Below are positions 24,486 through 33,581 of a stretch of 40,874 nucleotides of DNA, piece by piece; the first letter of the stretch is position 1; every line of letters begins with the position of its first letter. The stretch lies in the IMG/VR virus record IMGVR_UViG_3300050333_000073; one strand, 5' to 3'. Made by a program: the position numbers and the translations under genes. A model generated the notes under the pieces. It was not told the DNA's origin. It saw only the letters and a list, made by a program, of their open reading frames with translations, and made no database searches. Source of the DNA: a virus.

Positions 24486-24510
24486 GAGGAGAAAAAAAAG
24501 TATTCTCCTC
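24486..24510 (-). promoter_or_regulatory. Leader hairpin plus T5 between the operators and the first early gene
   Basis: Stem gaggagaa/ttctcctc (24486..24493 / 24503..24510), followed on the minus strand by cTTTTTcc. Confidence 0.4.
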
Positions 24511-24527
24511 ATCTAAGTGGCAAAGTT

Positions 24528-24567
24528 TTGTAAGATGTCTTACCTTTTGACTTGTAAGATGTCTTAC
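24528..24567. promoter_or_regulatory. Duplicated palindromic operator (2 x ttGTAAGAtgTCTTAC)
   Basis: Identical 16-mers at 24528..24543 and 24552..24567 (24-bp period). Each contains the inverted repeat GTAAGA-tg-TCTTAC. Confidence 0.65.
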
Positions 24568-24634
24568 ACTATTACATAGAACCTCCTTACTTATAAGTCT
24601 TATGGTAGGATAACTTATAGGATAAAAGATAAGA

Positions 24635-24667
24635 TTAAATATAAGTGATCTTAATAAATTAAATATA
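24635..24667. promoter_or_regulatory. Two TTAAATATA boxes (candidate bidirectional TATA elements)
   Basis: ttaaatata occurs at 24635..24643 and 24659..24667, between divergently oriented genes. Confidence 0.4.
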
Positions 24668-24688
24668 GCAAAAACTAAAGGAGGGATT

Positions 24689-24874
24689 ATGATTTTGAAA
24701 TACGAAACAAAAATCGGCCAGGCAGATACCAAGGGCAAGTCCTCCAGGACAATAATCCCTATGGAAATAATGAAAATGTTGAAACTCCAATGGGGAGATA
24801 AATTACAGTGGATAGCAGACATCGAAGGAGAAGGCGTTACAATCACTGTAGTAAAAAAAGAAACCTTAGAATAA
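24689..24874 (+). CDS. AbrB/SpoVT-like DNA-binding protein (61 aa), candidate repressor
   Basis: RTIIPMEIMKMLKLQWGDKLQWIADIEGEGVTITVVKK fits the swapped-hairpin AbrB pattern. GGAGGG SD. Divergent from the early operon. Confidence 0.7.
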   Translation: MILKYETKIGQADTKGKSSRTIIPMEIMKMLKLQWGDKLQWIADIEGEGVTITVVKKETLE

Positions 24875-24923
24875 CTACTATTTTCAAATTTTCCGATAAA
24901 AAAAACAGGACAGGTCATGAAAA

Positions 24924-25085
24924 TCACACCTGCCCTATAATGATCAATTTGGCTTCACTGATTAAACGCTCATTCTCATCCTGAATACGATTATACTCAT
25001 CAGAACGATACCTGTACCTTGATTGTTCTACAAGGTTGCGGTCAATGCGTGCTAAATTCTGTTTTACAACTTCAAACCCAGCCAT
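24924..25085 (-). CDS. 53-aa hypothetical protein, convergent with the AbrB-like gene
   Basis: Hand-translated MAGFEVVKQNLARIDRNLVEQSRYRYRSDEYNRIQDENERLISEAKLIIIGQV. Weak SD. Confidence 0.25.
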   Translation of the reverse strand: MAGFEVVKQNLARIDRNLVEQSRYRYRSDEYNRIQDENERLISEAKLIIIGQV

Positions 25086-25229
25086 CAGCCCATCCCACTA
25101 GTACAGGGAGAGCGTGTGAGAATTAATTTGCTCCCCTTAACCGTGATTATTATTCTGAAGTTAAGTTTATTAACCTTTCCTATTTTGTCCAGGTATACTC
25201 AATTTTCGCATTATGACAATCATAAATAG

Positions 25230-25237
25230 TTTATATA
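25230..25237 (+). promoter_or_regulatory. TTTATATA box for the plus-strand two-gene operon
   Basis: Canonical archaeal-type TATA sequence centred about 26 bp upstream of ATG 25259. This implies a leaderless mRNA. Confidence 0.45.
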
Positions 25238-25258
25238 GTTATTAACATAATAATGTTT

Positions 25259-25393
25259 ATGAAAACAACAATACCAATAACTAAGGAGACAAAGGACAGA
25301 TTGAAAAAGTATGGGAAGATGGGTGAAACTTGGGACGCTCTTCTCAATAGAATACTAGACAAATGCGAACGAAGAGGAGATAAGGAGGATTAA
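25259..25393 (+). CDS. Ribbon-helix-helix, VapB-type antitoxin-like protein (44 aa; alternative ATG at 25253)
   Basis: Hand-translated MKTTIPITKETKDRLKKYGKMGETWDALLNRILDKCERRGDKED. Matches the short archaeal antitoxin-like pattern I.I..e....L...k...esw.d.i..ll. Confidence 0.55.
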   Translation: MKTTIPITKETKDRLKKYGKMGETWDALLNRILDKCERRGDKED

Positions 25394-25660
25394 ATGAAAA
25401 CAACTGTAGTAGTAAACGTTAGTTTACAATGGACAAAGAGATCACAATGTATGAAAACGTATGATCTGCCTTTTAGACTTCAGAAAGGAGATTCTATCTT
25501 ATTAAATGATCAAGATATAGGGGAGGTAAAATATGTTTATGTGGATCTTGAAACTCAAGAAATAACTGCACAATTACCTTCTATTCTGATTGAGAAAGAT
25601 AATAAAGAAGAATATGATGCAACGATCCGGCTTTTAAAGAACAATGGATGGAGAATTTAA
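25394..25660 (+). CDS. 88-aa protein of unknown family, abutting the RHH gene (TAA-ATG)
   Basis: Intact ORF starting directly after the RHH gene stop. No PIN, RelE or MazF motifs recognised. Confidence 0.5.
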   Translation: MKTTVVVNVSLQWTKRSQCMKTYDLPFRLQKGDSILLNDQDIGEVKYVYVDLETQEITAQLPSILIEKDNKEEYDATIRLLKNNGWRI

Positions 25661-25677
25661 TTAAAGATTAAAAAAGT

Positions 25678-25707
25678 CCCCTACACAGAAATATATCTAT
25701 GTAGGGG
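25678..25707. terminator. Bidirectional hairpin between convergent operons
   Basis: Stem cccctaca/tgtagggg (8 bp) with a 14-nt loop. Preceded by an A run and lies between the stop codons at 25660 and 25734. Confidence 0.55.
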
Positions 25708-25733
25708 AATTACCAATTGCTCCTTGGTAAAAT

Positions 25734-26654
25734 TTAAAAGGGCAGTTCAGCGTAACGGGTCACAGTCCCCACGATCTGACTGTCGCGAGGATTCAAACCG
25801 TACTGGTTGCCATTGTTTGAAGCATCCAACCGCACCCAGGCACCATTCACATAGGCTTCAACCCAAACATGGCCAGTGGTGATTGTAGAGAAGGCCACGG
25901 CGGAACAGTTCACATACCTTGCAGGTATACCAGCTGCACGGAGAAGGGCCACAAGAAGGTGGCTTAAATCGGTACAGTTACCTTGCTTATTTTTAAGTGT
26001 TCCCAGGGCTCCTAGTCTGGTATTGTAATAGAACAGGTATTCGATAGCGTCCCGGACATAATTGAATATTGCCAGGACCCCACCCAGACTATGGGCCAGG
26101 TTTTGTATTTGTGGGTCATTCACCTGGCAGTTCCTGGTAGCTATGAGATACGCTGAATCAGTAGTGGCCTTATAGTTTGGTATGGAACTCCACGTTTTAG
26201 GCCCGCATACTCCATCCTGACTGTGGCCAGTAGCGGCCTGGAATGAGATAACTGATGTTCGTGTAAGTGGTCCGAAATCTCCGTCAACTTTGCCATTGTA
26301 GAATCCAAATTCTTGTAGTTCCTGCTGTAATATTTTCACACAACCTCCACTGCTTCCCTGTTGTAGGGTGGTGTTGAGGCAGGATTCCAGTGTGGATCCA
26401 CTTGGTGCAGGTGTTGGTGCTGGGGTGGTTGCCCATGGGCATGGTGGGTACACTGCACTGTTCCAGGTTTCACATCCCACACAGCCGTCCACAGTTAGGC
26501 CGTGGTCTTTTTGCCAGCGGATTACTTCTTTTTCAAGTATGGGGCCGAAGTAACTATCTAATTTGTATCCTTTGTAGTATCCTTTCTGTTGCATTACATC
26601 CTGGAGCATGTAGACTTTTGGTCCTTTGCTCCCTTTGCTTAAATAACATGTCAT
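25734..26654 (-). CDS. Lysin: two PG_binding_1-like repeats plus a transglutaminase-core cysteine peptidase (pseudomurein endoisopeptidase-like)
   Basis: GSKGPKVYMLQDVMQQKGYY...DSYFGPILEKEVIRWQKDHGLTVDGCVGCETW and a second similar repeat. C-terminal catalytic pattern GNCTD...GHVWVEAYV...RLDASN (Cys-His-Asp). GGAGGT sits 7 nt before ATG 26654. Confidence 0.8.
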   Translation of the reverse strand: MTCYLSKGSKGPKVYMLQDVMQQKGYYKGYKLDSYFGPILEKEVIRWQKDHGLTVDGCVGCETWNSAVYPPCPWATTPAPTPAPSGSTLESCLNTTLQQGSSGGCVKILQQELQEFGFYNGKVDGDFGPLTRTSVISFQAATGHSQDGVCGPKTWSSIPNYKATTDSAYLIATRNCQVNDPQIQNLAHSLGGVLAIFNYVRDAIEYLFYYNTRLGALGTLKNKQGNCTDLSHLLVALLRAAGIPARYVNCSAVAFSTITTGHVWVEAYVNGAWVRLDASNNGNQYGLNPRDSQIVGTVTRYAELPF

Positions 26655-26706
26655 TAGAAATACCTCCAATTTTTTTATAGCGTTCGCTAAGTCTTTGAAA
26701 AAATGC

Positions 26707-26931
<225 letters not shown>

Positions 26932-26944
26932 ACACATACCCTCC

Positions 26945-27721
26945 TTAAAGTGAGACTGGTGTTTCAAAACTGAAAATAGTACAAACCACATTCACCGTAC
27001 CGGACCAATTACTGCTCTTATGTGTTGCTGCAACAGTGAAATTGTCGGAATTAACTGCTGTTATCACGGGGTAAATTTTCCCAGCACTTTCATAAATCGT
27101 AGGGGTAACCCAATACGATACAGTTTCAAAAGGAAGCGTATAAGTCGCAGTATAAGTATCAGAAGACCCATTACCCGTGATAGGAATTTCCACCATCCTG
27201 ACCTTTAACATGGCCGGGACATCATACAGGGGACTGTACTTGAAAAGGGGAGTGCTAACACCCCATAAATCTGTGGGCATTAACCTAATATAATCTAAAT
27301 CAATATATTGAGTTTCTGACAGATTTGGACTGGTTTTAATCACTATACGGTGTTGGTAATTCTCGTGGAAGTAACCCCGGCCAATACCAAGGCCTCCAAT
27401 CCCGGCCAATACACCCACCCAGATGTCAGTCCGGGAAACCATACTTTCCTGGCCATCCTTGTCCTTCATCCACACCTCTGTTGTAAGGGCCGGGGTGTTA
27501 TCTGACAGGTTACTAAAAGCCCGGGCATAAATACTGTGAGGGCCGTTAAATTCACTAAATGCCATATATTTAGTGTCCATCAAGGTTTTATTTGGCCCGT
27601 AAGCCCGAACCACATCCTCATTCCTGGCAGAGGTGTTAGGTGTGGGTGTGATTCCTTCACCGGGAAAGTTCACGGCATCCAAGACCCCATCAATATTTCT
27701 GAGAATACCTTCACTGGCCAT
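26945..27721 (-). CDS. Tail fibre/baseplate-associated protein (258 aa)
   Basis: Last gene of the tail-tip series. GAGGTGA SD. Confidence 0.4.
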   Translation of the reverse strand: MASEGILRNIDGVLDAVNFPGEGITPTPNTSARNEDVVRAYGPNKTLMDTKYMAFSEFNGPHSIYARAFSNLSDNTPALTTEVWMKDKDGQESMVSRTDIWVGVLAGIGGLGIGRGYFHENYQHRIVIKTSPNLSETQYIDLDYIRLMPTDLWGVSTPLFKYSPLYDVPAMLKVRMVEIPITGNGSSDTYTATYTLPFETVSYWVTPTIYESAGKIYPVITAVNSDNFTVAATHKSSNWSGTVNVVCTIFSFETPVSL

Positions 27722-27722
27722 T

Positions 27723-29390
27723 TTATATCACCTCGTAAGCATATTCAAGGCCGTTAAAAATTATCTGGCAGTTTTTATCTGCCAAGACATTCACACCCAA
27801 TCGTAAGGCCATGTAAACATCAACTCCATTATATCCAAGGTTAAAAACATCCGTGGCAAAGGTGGGATGTTCATTGGTGTTAATTGCCGTCTTGTTGTAC
27901 TCGGTAACTTCAAAATAAATCGGTCTTCGGATACCCCATCCATTACCGTATAAAATTTGGGTAGCATCTGGACTGGCACTATTCGGACTAATATTTAGAG
28001 GGGATTCTTGACTTAATAATGTCCCCAAAGAAGGGGTTGTGGCTATATATGGACTCAACCGGACAAAATCATAATAAGCATTCAAAGAGGCCGGAGCTTC
28101 CCTGGCCGTGAAACCAAAATAACCAATATTCAAAGGGTTATCTCCATCAGTACTGGAAATTATCAAAGTCCCCTCGTAATAGATTTTAATGACATTTGCA
28201 TTTCCTGATTTACTTACTTCTATCTTGTAATTATGCCAATTGTTATCCAAGGTGATATTATAAGTAGCCAAAGGAATTGTAGTTCCATTTACCTGTTTAT
28301 TCAAGATAAATCTGGTAGGGGATACCCACCTGGCATACTGGAAATGGTAACCTGTATAGGGTACATCTGCCACACTTTGAGTAACCTGGCCATCCCAACT
28401 GAATGTGGCCTCAATGTTTTCACTTTTTTTGGCCTTGAACTCGAAAATAAAGGGTGTTTGGAATTGTGGTTTACTTCGGGCATAAATACGGTTACTTCCA
28501 TCACTGGTAATCCTTAATTCCCCATTTGTTTCGGTTACACTTCCCCCTCCACCACTTACGATTTGCCATTTATTTGGGTTGAGGCTGTTATCATTGAAAT
28601 CATCTGCAAATGTGAATACACTGTCAATGTTACTGTGCAATGTGGCAGCACTATTCCCATAATACATGAAAAGATTTTTAGCAATGTTACTGTCCGGGTA
28701 ATTCACATAAAAAGTGGCATTGGACCCGGAGGTGTAACTTTCCAGGTAACTGCAAAGGGGTGTCCTGGCATCTGGAAGGGTAAAGCGGACATCACTAAAG
28801 TCATTTTTCATACCCGATATATAGGAAACCGGGATTTTCAGGGGATAACTGGATACGGCCCCACTTCCCGCATTTACTAGTTGACCATTCCGTTTACTCC
28901 ACCCATTAAGCCATACAGATTTCATCACAATGTTATTATAATACATCCACCGCTTTGGCAGATTCAATCCAACTTTACCAGAGGCCACCGTACTACTGGC
29001 CTTGGAAATAGTGGGTGTCCCACGGTTACTTAAAAGGTCAAAATAAACATCCTTGGTAACCAGAGATGAAGATATACTGTCAATAATTTCCTCTCCCAAT
29101 AATTCCACACGGCCATCTGGCAGGATACCCTCAAGGGTTACAATTGCTTCAAAATCAGAGGGTGCCGTGGTATCATATTTTCGGGACCAATTCAACTTTA
29201 TATTGTTCCAAGCAAAATTAGACAAAAGTGGGGGTGCTATGGTGTATTTGAAAAATCCTTCTTGGAGTTCATTGACATTTGGGTCCGGTTGGTAAACCGC
29301 TCCTATTTGGTCATTGTAAATAAATTTATCATGACCCAGGTCTTGTTGTACCAAGTGGGACCCGGGCACTGTTATTTTGTTTACAACCAT
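27723..29390 (-). CDS. Receptor-binding/tail fibre protein with DUF2341-like and concanavalin/LamG-like segments
   Basis: SDVRFTLPDARTPLCSYLESY..ATFYVNYP and FADDFNDNSLNPNKWQIVSGGGG..NGELRI patterns. ATG 29390 follows the upstream TAG. Confidence 0.5.
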   Translation of the reverse strand: MVVNKITVPGSHLVQQDLGHDKFIYNDQIGAVYQPDPNVNELQEGFFKYTIAPPLLSNFAWNNIKLNWSRKYDTTAPSDFEAIVTLEGILPDGRVELLGEEIIDSISSSLVTKDVYFDLLSNRGTPTISKASSTVASGKVGLNLPKRWMYYNNIVMKSVWLNGWSKRNGQLVNAGSGAVSSYPLKIPVSYISGMKNDFSDVRFTLPDARTPLCSYLESYTSGSNATFYVNYPDSNIAKNLFMYYGNSAATLHSNIDSVFTFADDFNDNSLNPNKWQIVSGGGGSVTETNGELRITSDGSNRIYARSKPQFQTPFIFEFKAKKSENIEATFSWDGQVTQSVADVPYTGYHFQYARWVSPTRFILNKQVNGTTIPLATYNITLDNNWHNYKIEVSKSGNANVIKIYYEGTLIISSTDGDNPLNIGYFGFTAREAPASLNAYYDFVRLSPYIATTPSLGTLLSQESPLNISPNSASPDATQILYGNGWGIRRPIYFEVTEYNKTAINTNEHPTFATDVFNLGYNGVDVYMALRLGVNVLADKNCQIIFNGLEYAYEVI

Positions 29391-29391
29391 T

Positions 29392-31668
29392 CTAATGACT
29401 CCTCCTTCCAAATGCCCCGGCACTTATAAAGCCCATATTGTTTAAAACGGCCCGGTTATACATCATTTTACTTTCCAGATTCAAGTATTTCTTTAAATTA
29501 CTTTCCAACTTGTTCATCACCTGGCTGTAATAACTTCCAGGCCGGTTCACACTTACCCGGCTAATATACCCCTCGTCCCGGGTAATCGTATGAGTAACCG
29601 TTTTAGTCCCATAATTACCCACCAAATAGTAACCTGTAAGATTGCTTACCATGTACTGGGCCGGGTTTAAAAGGGGTGTTCCCTTTAAAAGGATGGTGAA
29701 ACTGGTAAGGGGGTAACTGTTCTGTTCTACATGTCGTTTTACCTCTATATCGGCATCTGTTTGATTGTTTATATCCGTGGAATCCTCGTAATCTTCCCAC
29801 GGCCCGGGACCATACCGGGGGATACTGTCCAAATTCATGTACCGGGCACTTCCAGTTCGGTCCTCTTCACCTTCCTTGTAATGGTAATGCATTAACCGAC
29901 TGTTACGGATTGTTTCATATGGGGCATAAGATTTGTCGGTTACTCCAAGGACATTCACCCCCTCCACTGCCCTTACCGGGCTTTCCAGGTTCATTTCCGG
30001 GGAAAGCATGAAAATATCAGTAGCCCGCCTACGGCCATAATCAACCCAAGCCACATATTCCATTTTTTCCAGAATTTCCATTATCACCTCGTAAGGGTAA
30101 CTGGTTTCCTGTTCCACCTTCATTTTTTTGTTTATAACGGATGGATATGCAGAAAGGCCCAATAAATGGATTATACTGTTTCTTCGGAACTCCATTTGGC
30201 TTGTGGAAACATCACTGTCCCTTACAACTATTTTAGTTACATTGTATTCACTGGAAGGAGCGTATTTATCAAAGGCTTCCTTTAAATCAAACTTGGATAA
30301 CTGGTTTAACCCATTAAGGACAGGTTTAATTTGGCCAATAATATTACTGGCCCCGGTTTTACCTGTGAAAAGAATGGTGTAAGTCCGGGCATCATCAATG
30401 GTTTCACCGGCCCGGTACATGGTAACTTCAATGTTCAACTGTACCCGGGTATCAATCCCGCAACTTTCACCACTGGCCATGTATTTAAAACAAAGAAGGT
30501 TATCCTTGGCAGCATCAAAGGGTTTATCCGGACTGTTCCATAAAATCCCATAATAATCTGTATTTTGGGCCACCCCGCAATAATCATAATCCAATGGGTT
30601 ATAACCTAAACGGAGGCCGGTACTGGGACTGTAAGTCTTGTTAAAACCATTCACCACCACCTGGTTATAATCATCTGGCCGGGTGAAATCCAAATTAAGG
30701 GTGTAAGGGTAAAGTATCCCATAAGTTAACGGCCCAAATTCACAAGTTTCACTGCAATGTCTGATACTTTCCAGGGCAGATCCGAACTGGACAACTGGGA
30801 AAGTGTATGTATCATCCCCACTCGGTGCCAGTCCAATATAATAATTTGTATAGACGGGTTTCCGGTAGAAATCAACCAACCGGTCAACCCCATTTATTGT
30901 TAATTGTGTACCCTCGTCGTTTTCATCCATTCCAAGCACGTAACCCCCAAATTTGACCCTTGCATCCTTCCAGTCATTACCAACACTGATGTTGAGTATG
31001 TCCATGAAATCGAAGACTTTCCGGCTGAAAATGTTAAGGTTAGGGTCGTTCCATTCCTCCCTGAGTGGTAGGGTTATGTCTGCACTGTTTAACTCCCCCA
31101 TGCTGTTCTCTGTGAACTCAATGTTTTCCCAGTCCAACCGGTACCTGCTCTTCCGGTGGTCGCTACTGTAATAATCCAACCGATACATCAAAAGATGATC
31201 CACCCATGCATCCAAGCCGTCCAGTTCAATCTTGAAATCATGCCATCCTTCGCTCAATTCATGATACCCAAAATCTAAAAACTTGTAATGTTCGGCATAC
31301 GGTGTAAGGGTGTTAATTTGGCCTATCAGTTCATTGTCAATATACAATTTAACATACTTGTTACCAAAAATGGGCTGTCTTGAGGCCCTGATAAGCATCC
31401 AGAACAATCCACCCTTTTTAATATATTGTCTGGTGGTAAGGTTTCCATTTCTAAGACTTCTTACACCGGTCAAGCCCACGATACGGCTTCCTCCAAGGTC
31501 CCTTTCGGCTATTTGGCTATTGCTTTTATCCCAATTCACACAAGGTAACTGGTATATATTGGATTGGTCCTTGCTCCATATTTCCACCTTGACGAAAGGG
31601 TCTTCGGTGTGATTAACCGGTGCAGTGTTAATCAATCGGGGTTGGAACTCTGCACTAATCATGTTCAT
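29392..31668 (-). CDS. Baseplate hub / tail-tip (Tal-like) protein (758 aa)
   Basis: Second large ORF after the tape measure gene. ATGA overlap with the upstream gene. Confidence 0.45.
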   Translation of the reverse strand: MNMISAEFQPRLINTAPVNHTEDPFVKVEIWSKDQSNIYQLPCVNWDKSNSQIAERDLGGSRIVGLTGVRSLRNGNLTTRQYIKKGGLFWMLIRASRQPIFGNKYVKLYIDNELIGQINTLTPYAEHYKFLDFGYHELSEGWHDFKIELDGLDAWVDHLLMYRLDYYSSDHRKSRYRLDWENIEFTENSMGELNSADITLPLREEWNDPNLNIFSRKVFDFMDILNISVGNDWKDARVKFGGYVLGMDENDEGTQLTINGVDRLVDFYRKPVYTNYYIGLAPSGDDTYTFPVVQFGSALESIRHCSETCEFGPLTYGILYPYTLNLDFTRPDDYNQVVVNGFNKTYSPSTGLRLGYNPLDYDYCGVAQNTDYYGILWNSPDKPFDAAKDNLLCFKYMASGESCGIDTRVQLNIEVTMYRAGETIDDARTYTILFTGKTGASNIIGQIKPVLNGLNQLSKFDLKEAFDKYAPSSEYNVTKIVVRDSDVSTSQMEFRRNSIIHLLGLSAYPSVINKKMKVEQETSYPYEVIMEILEKMEYVAWVDYGRRRATDIFMLSPEMNLESPVRAVEGVNVLGVTDKSYAPYETIRNSRLMHYHYKEGEEDRTGSARYMNLDSIPRYGPGPWEDYEDSTDINNQTDADIEVKRHVEQNSYPLTSFTILLKGTPLLNPAQYMVSNLTGYYLVGNYGTKTVTHTITRDEGYISRVSVNRPGSYYSQVMNKLESNLKKYLNLESKMMYNRAVLNNMGFISAGAFGRRSH

Positions 31669-33578
31669 ACTCCTTGAAGGCCTATTGCCTGTTTTGTGGG
31701 TCGGTAAAACTCTCTGGCCCTGTATATTGCACCATCACGGGCAGTATCGTTAATGTTACTGTCATAAACGATTATACCGGTTATCCCTTGATTTGCTGGA
31801 ATACTATTGCTTTTAATGGTGGTTTTATACTGTTGAGTTATCATCATACGGTATCTTTGAGCCGGGTTAGGAGTGGTACAAGTACCGGTTCCTTTATTCC
31901 ACATTTTACAATAAAAATCATCCAACATGGAAATATCCGCTCCGGCTACCGGGCTTATGGTAACATTTCCATCATGTTCGTAACAAGTCCTTAAAGTATA
32001 ACCAAGGTTATCATTGGGATGTTGCACATAAACAAACGGTTTTCCAGCACGAAGGGTCCAAAAAGTCCGGTCAAGTTGTAAGGTGAATTCAAATGGTGAT
32101 ACCTGGAAAGGCCTAATCAACCGGGTAAGATGGCTGAAAGTGAAAGTATCCATTAAAACATAATCCGTTCCATTCCAATAATACAGTTTCACCCCGTTAG
32201 TGGTGGGAACTAACTTAATAATCCCATTAGTTACATAGAATTTACCGATTTCAAGGTCCATCTCGTTATGAGTAACCAATCTAGCCACGTTATCCTTATA
32301 CTTACTATTCATACCCTTTACCGTGCCCTTGTAATAATTAGCAGGTGTGATCTGGAAATTAAGAGGGTCTGCAAGGTTTTCAAAACATTGAATATTACCT
32401 TCTGCGCTGGCCCGGTAAAAAGTAGGGACCAGGTTAGGGGTGGCATCTGGAGGTAACACTACAACATTGGGTTTATCACTTTCAAGGTAATTGTAAACCT
32501 TAACATCACTAATACTCATACTATTAGTTGTACTATCTCTGTTCAGGTAATATACTCCCATGTATAGGTCTTTCCAGGCACCCATATTCGTCGGACCGTA
32601 AAAAATTGTACTGAACCCAGTCCAGGAACCGCTCACATACCGGTTAAGTTCAATCTTCACATAATACTTACTATCAGTACTTAAACGGAATTTGAATGCG
32701 GTTGGGCTGTTATCCACAGTTATAGGTACAAGATTCCACCAGGAACCTCCCCCCGGACTTCCTATCGTGTGCACCTGGTAGTACTGGTTAGATGTGCTTA
32801 CACCTAAACTTACCATGTAACTGTTATTCCATACAGGAGGGTTAGAACTGCTCCTGTTCGGGCTGAACCATACGTTTATATCCTTATCTTTATTCCCAGC
32901 ACTTGGTTTGCTTCCAGGGTGAAGGGTGAACTCCATGACGAACCCGTGACTAAATTGTGTCCTGTGATTTGTCCACACCTGTCCAGGGACACCATCAGTG
33001 TCTGCCCCTCCACTGAAAACTATTTGACCCCCACTACTAGCAATAGCTCCATTTGCCATCCTATACTTACTTGCAGCGAACCAGTCGTTTGTAGTGTCAA
33101 AATCCGCTCCGGACTCGTTAATGATGTATGCAGGGGTTAAATCCTCATAATTATGTTCAATATCGGTCCCATCCTCCCCACCACGGGTATAATGCATGGT
33201 AAGAATTTCATCTACGTTGTTACTTATCAATTCTCCTTCCATCACTACACGGGTTTTGCGGGTGTTGATAAAATATTCCATAGGATTTGAAAGAGCAACT
33301 AATCCTTTTAGAATGCCTGTGTACTCATTCACAGAGGGGGTTACACTCTCAACTGGAGATTCTATTGGCATTAATCCCCATCGGTTGTTTTTACTGTGAA
33401 TTATACGTGGTTTATTCGATTCAGACCGGGTTAAAGTTTCACATAGACCGATTAATTGTTTTGCACGTTCAGGGGTGCATTTAATACTGAGGTTGAACTT
33501 CCCAAGGTCAGACTCAGGATCCACAATTTCATGAGCCTGGTCAAATTCTAAAGGTCCTATCTTTGCAAGGGTGGTCAT
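31665..33578 (-). CDS. Distal tail protein (Dit-like) with a lectin-like insertion
   Basis: Lies immediately downstream of the tape measure gene. Internal segment QVWTNHRTQFSHGFVMEFTLH...NVWFSP resembles concanavalin-like modules. Confidence 0.45.
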   Translation of the reverse strand: MTTLAKIGPLEFDQAHEIVDPESDLGKFNLSIKCTPERAKQLIGLCETLTRSESNKPRIIHSKNNRWGLMPIESPVESVTPSVNEYTGILKGLVALSNPMEYFINTRKTRVVMEGELISNNVDEILTMHYTRGGEDGTDIEHNYEDLTPAYIINESGADFDTTNDWFAASKYRMANGAIASSGGQIVFSGGADTDGVPGQVWTNHRTQFSHGFVMEFTLHPGSKPSAGNKDKDINVWFSPNRSSSNPPVWNNSYMVSLGVSTSNQYYQVHTIGSPGGGSWWNLVPITVDNSPTAFKFRLSTDSKYYVKIELNRYVSGSWTGFSTIFYGPTNMGAWKDLYMGVYYLNRDSTTNSMSISDVKVYNYLESDKPNVVVLPPDATPNLVPTFYRASAEGNIQCFENLADPLNFQITPANYYKGTVKGMNSKYKDNVARLVTHNEMDLEIGKFYVTNGIIKLVPTTNGVKLYYWNGTDYVLMDTFTFSHLTRLIRPFQVSPFEFTLQLDRTFWTLRAGKPFVYVQHPNDNLGYTLRTCYEHDGNVTISPVAGADISMLDDFYCKMWNKGTGTCTTPNPAQRYRMMITQQYKTTIKSNSIPANQGITGIIVYDSNINDTARDGAIYRAREFYRPTKQAIGLQGV

Positions 33579-33581
33579 GAT

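Noticed and set aside
24451-24927. 158-aa minus-strand ORF spanning the control region
   Set aside because: It runs antisense through the AbrB-like gene and through the operator/TATA region. It is hydrophobic and low-complexity, as expected from antisense AT-rich sequence.
25734-26654. Bacterial (Firmicutes-type) host suggested by PG_binding_1 repeats, SD-led genes and hairpin-plus-T terminators
   Set aside because: I do not adopt this as the main interpretation. The transglutaminase-core lysin, the TFB-like ribbon, the ERCC4/XPF nuclease, the TTTATATA boxes about 26 bp from start codons and the HslV-like gene fit a methanogen virus better. It cannot be excluded without searches.
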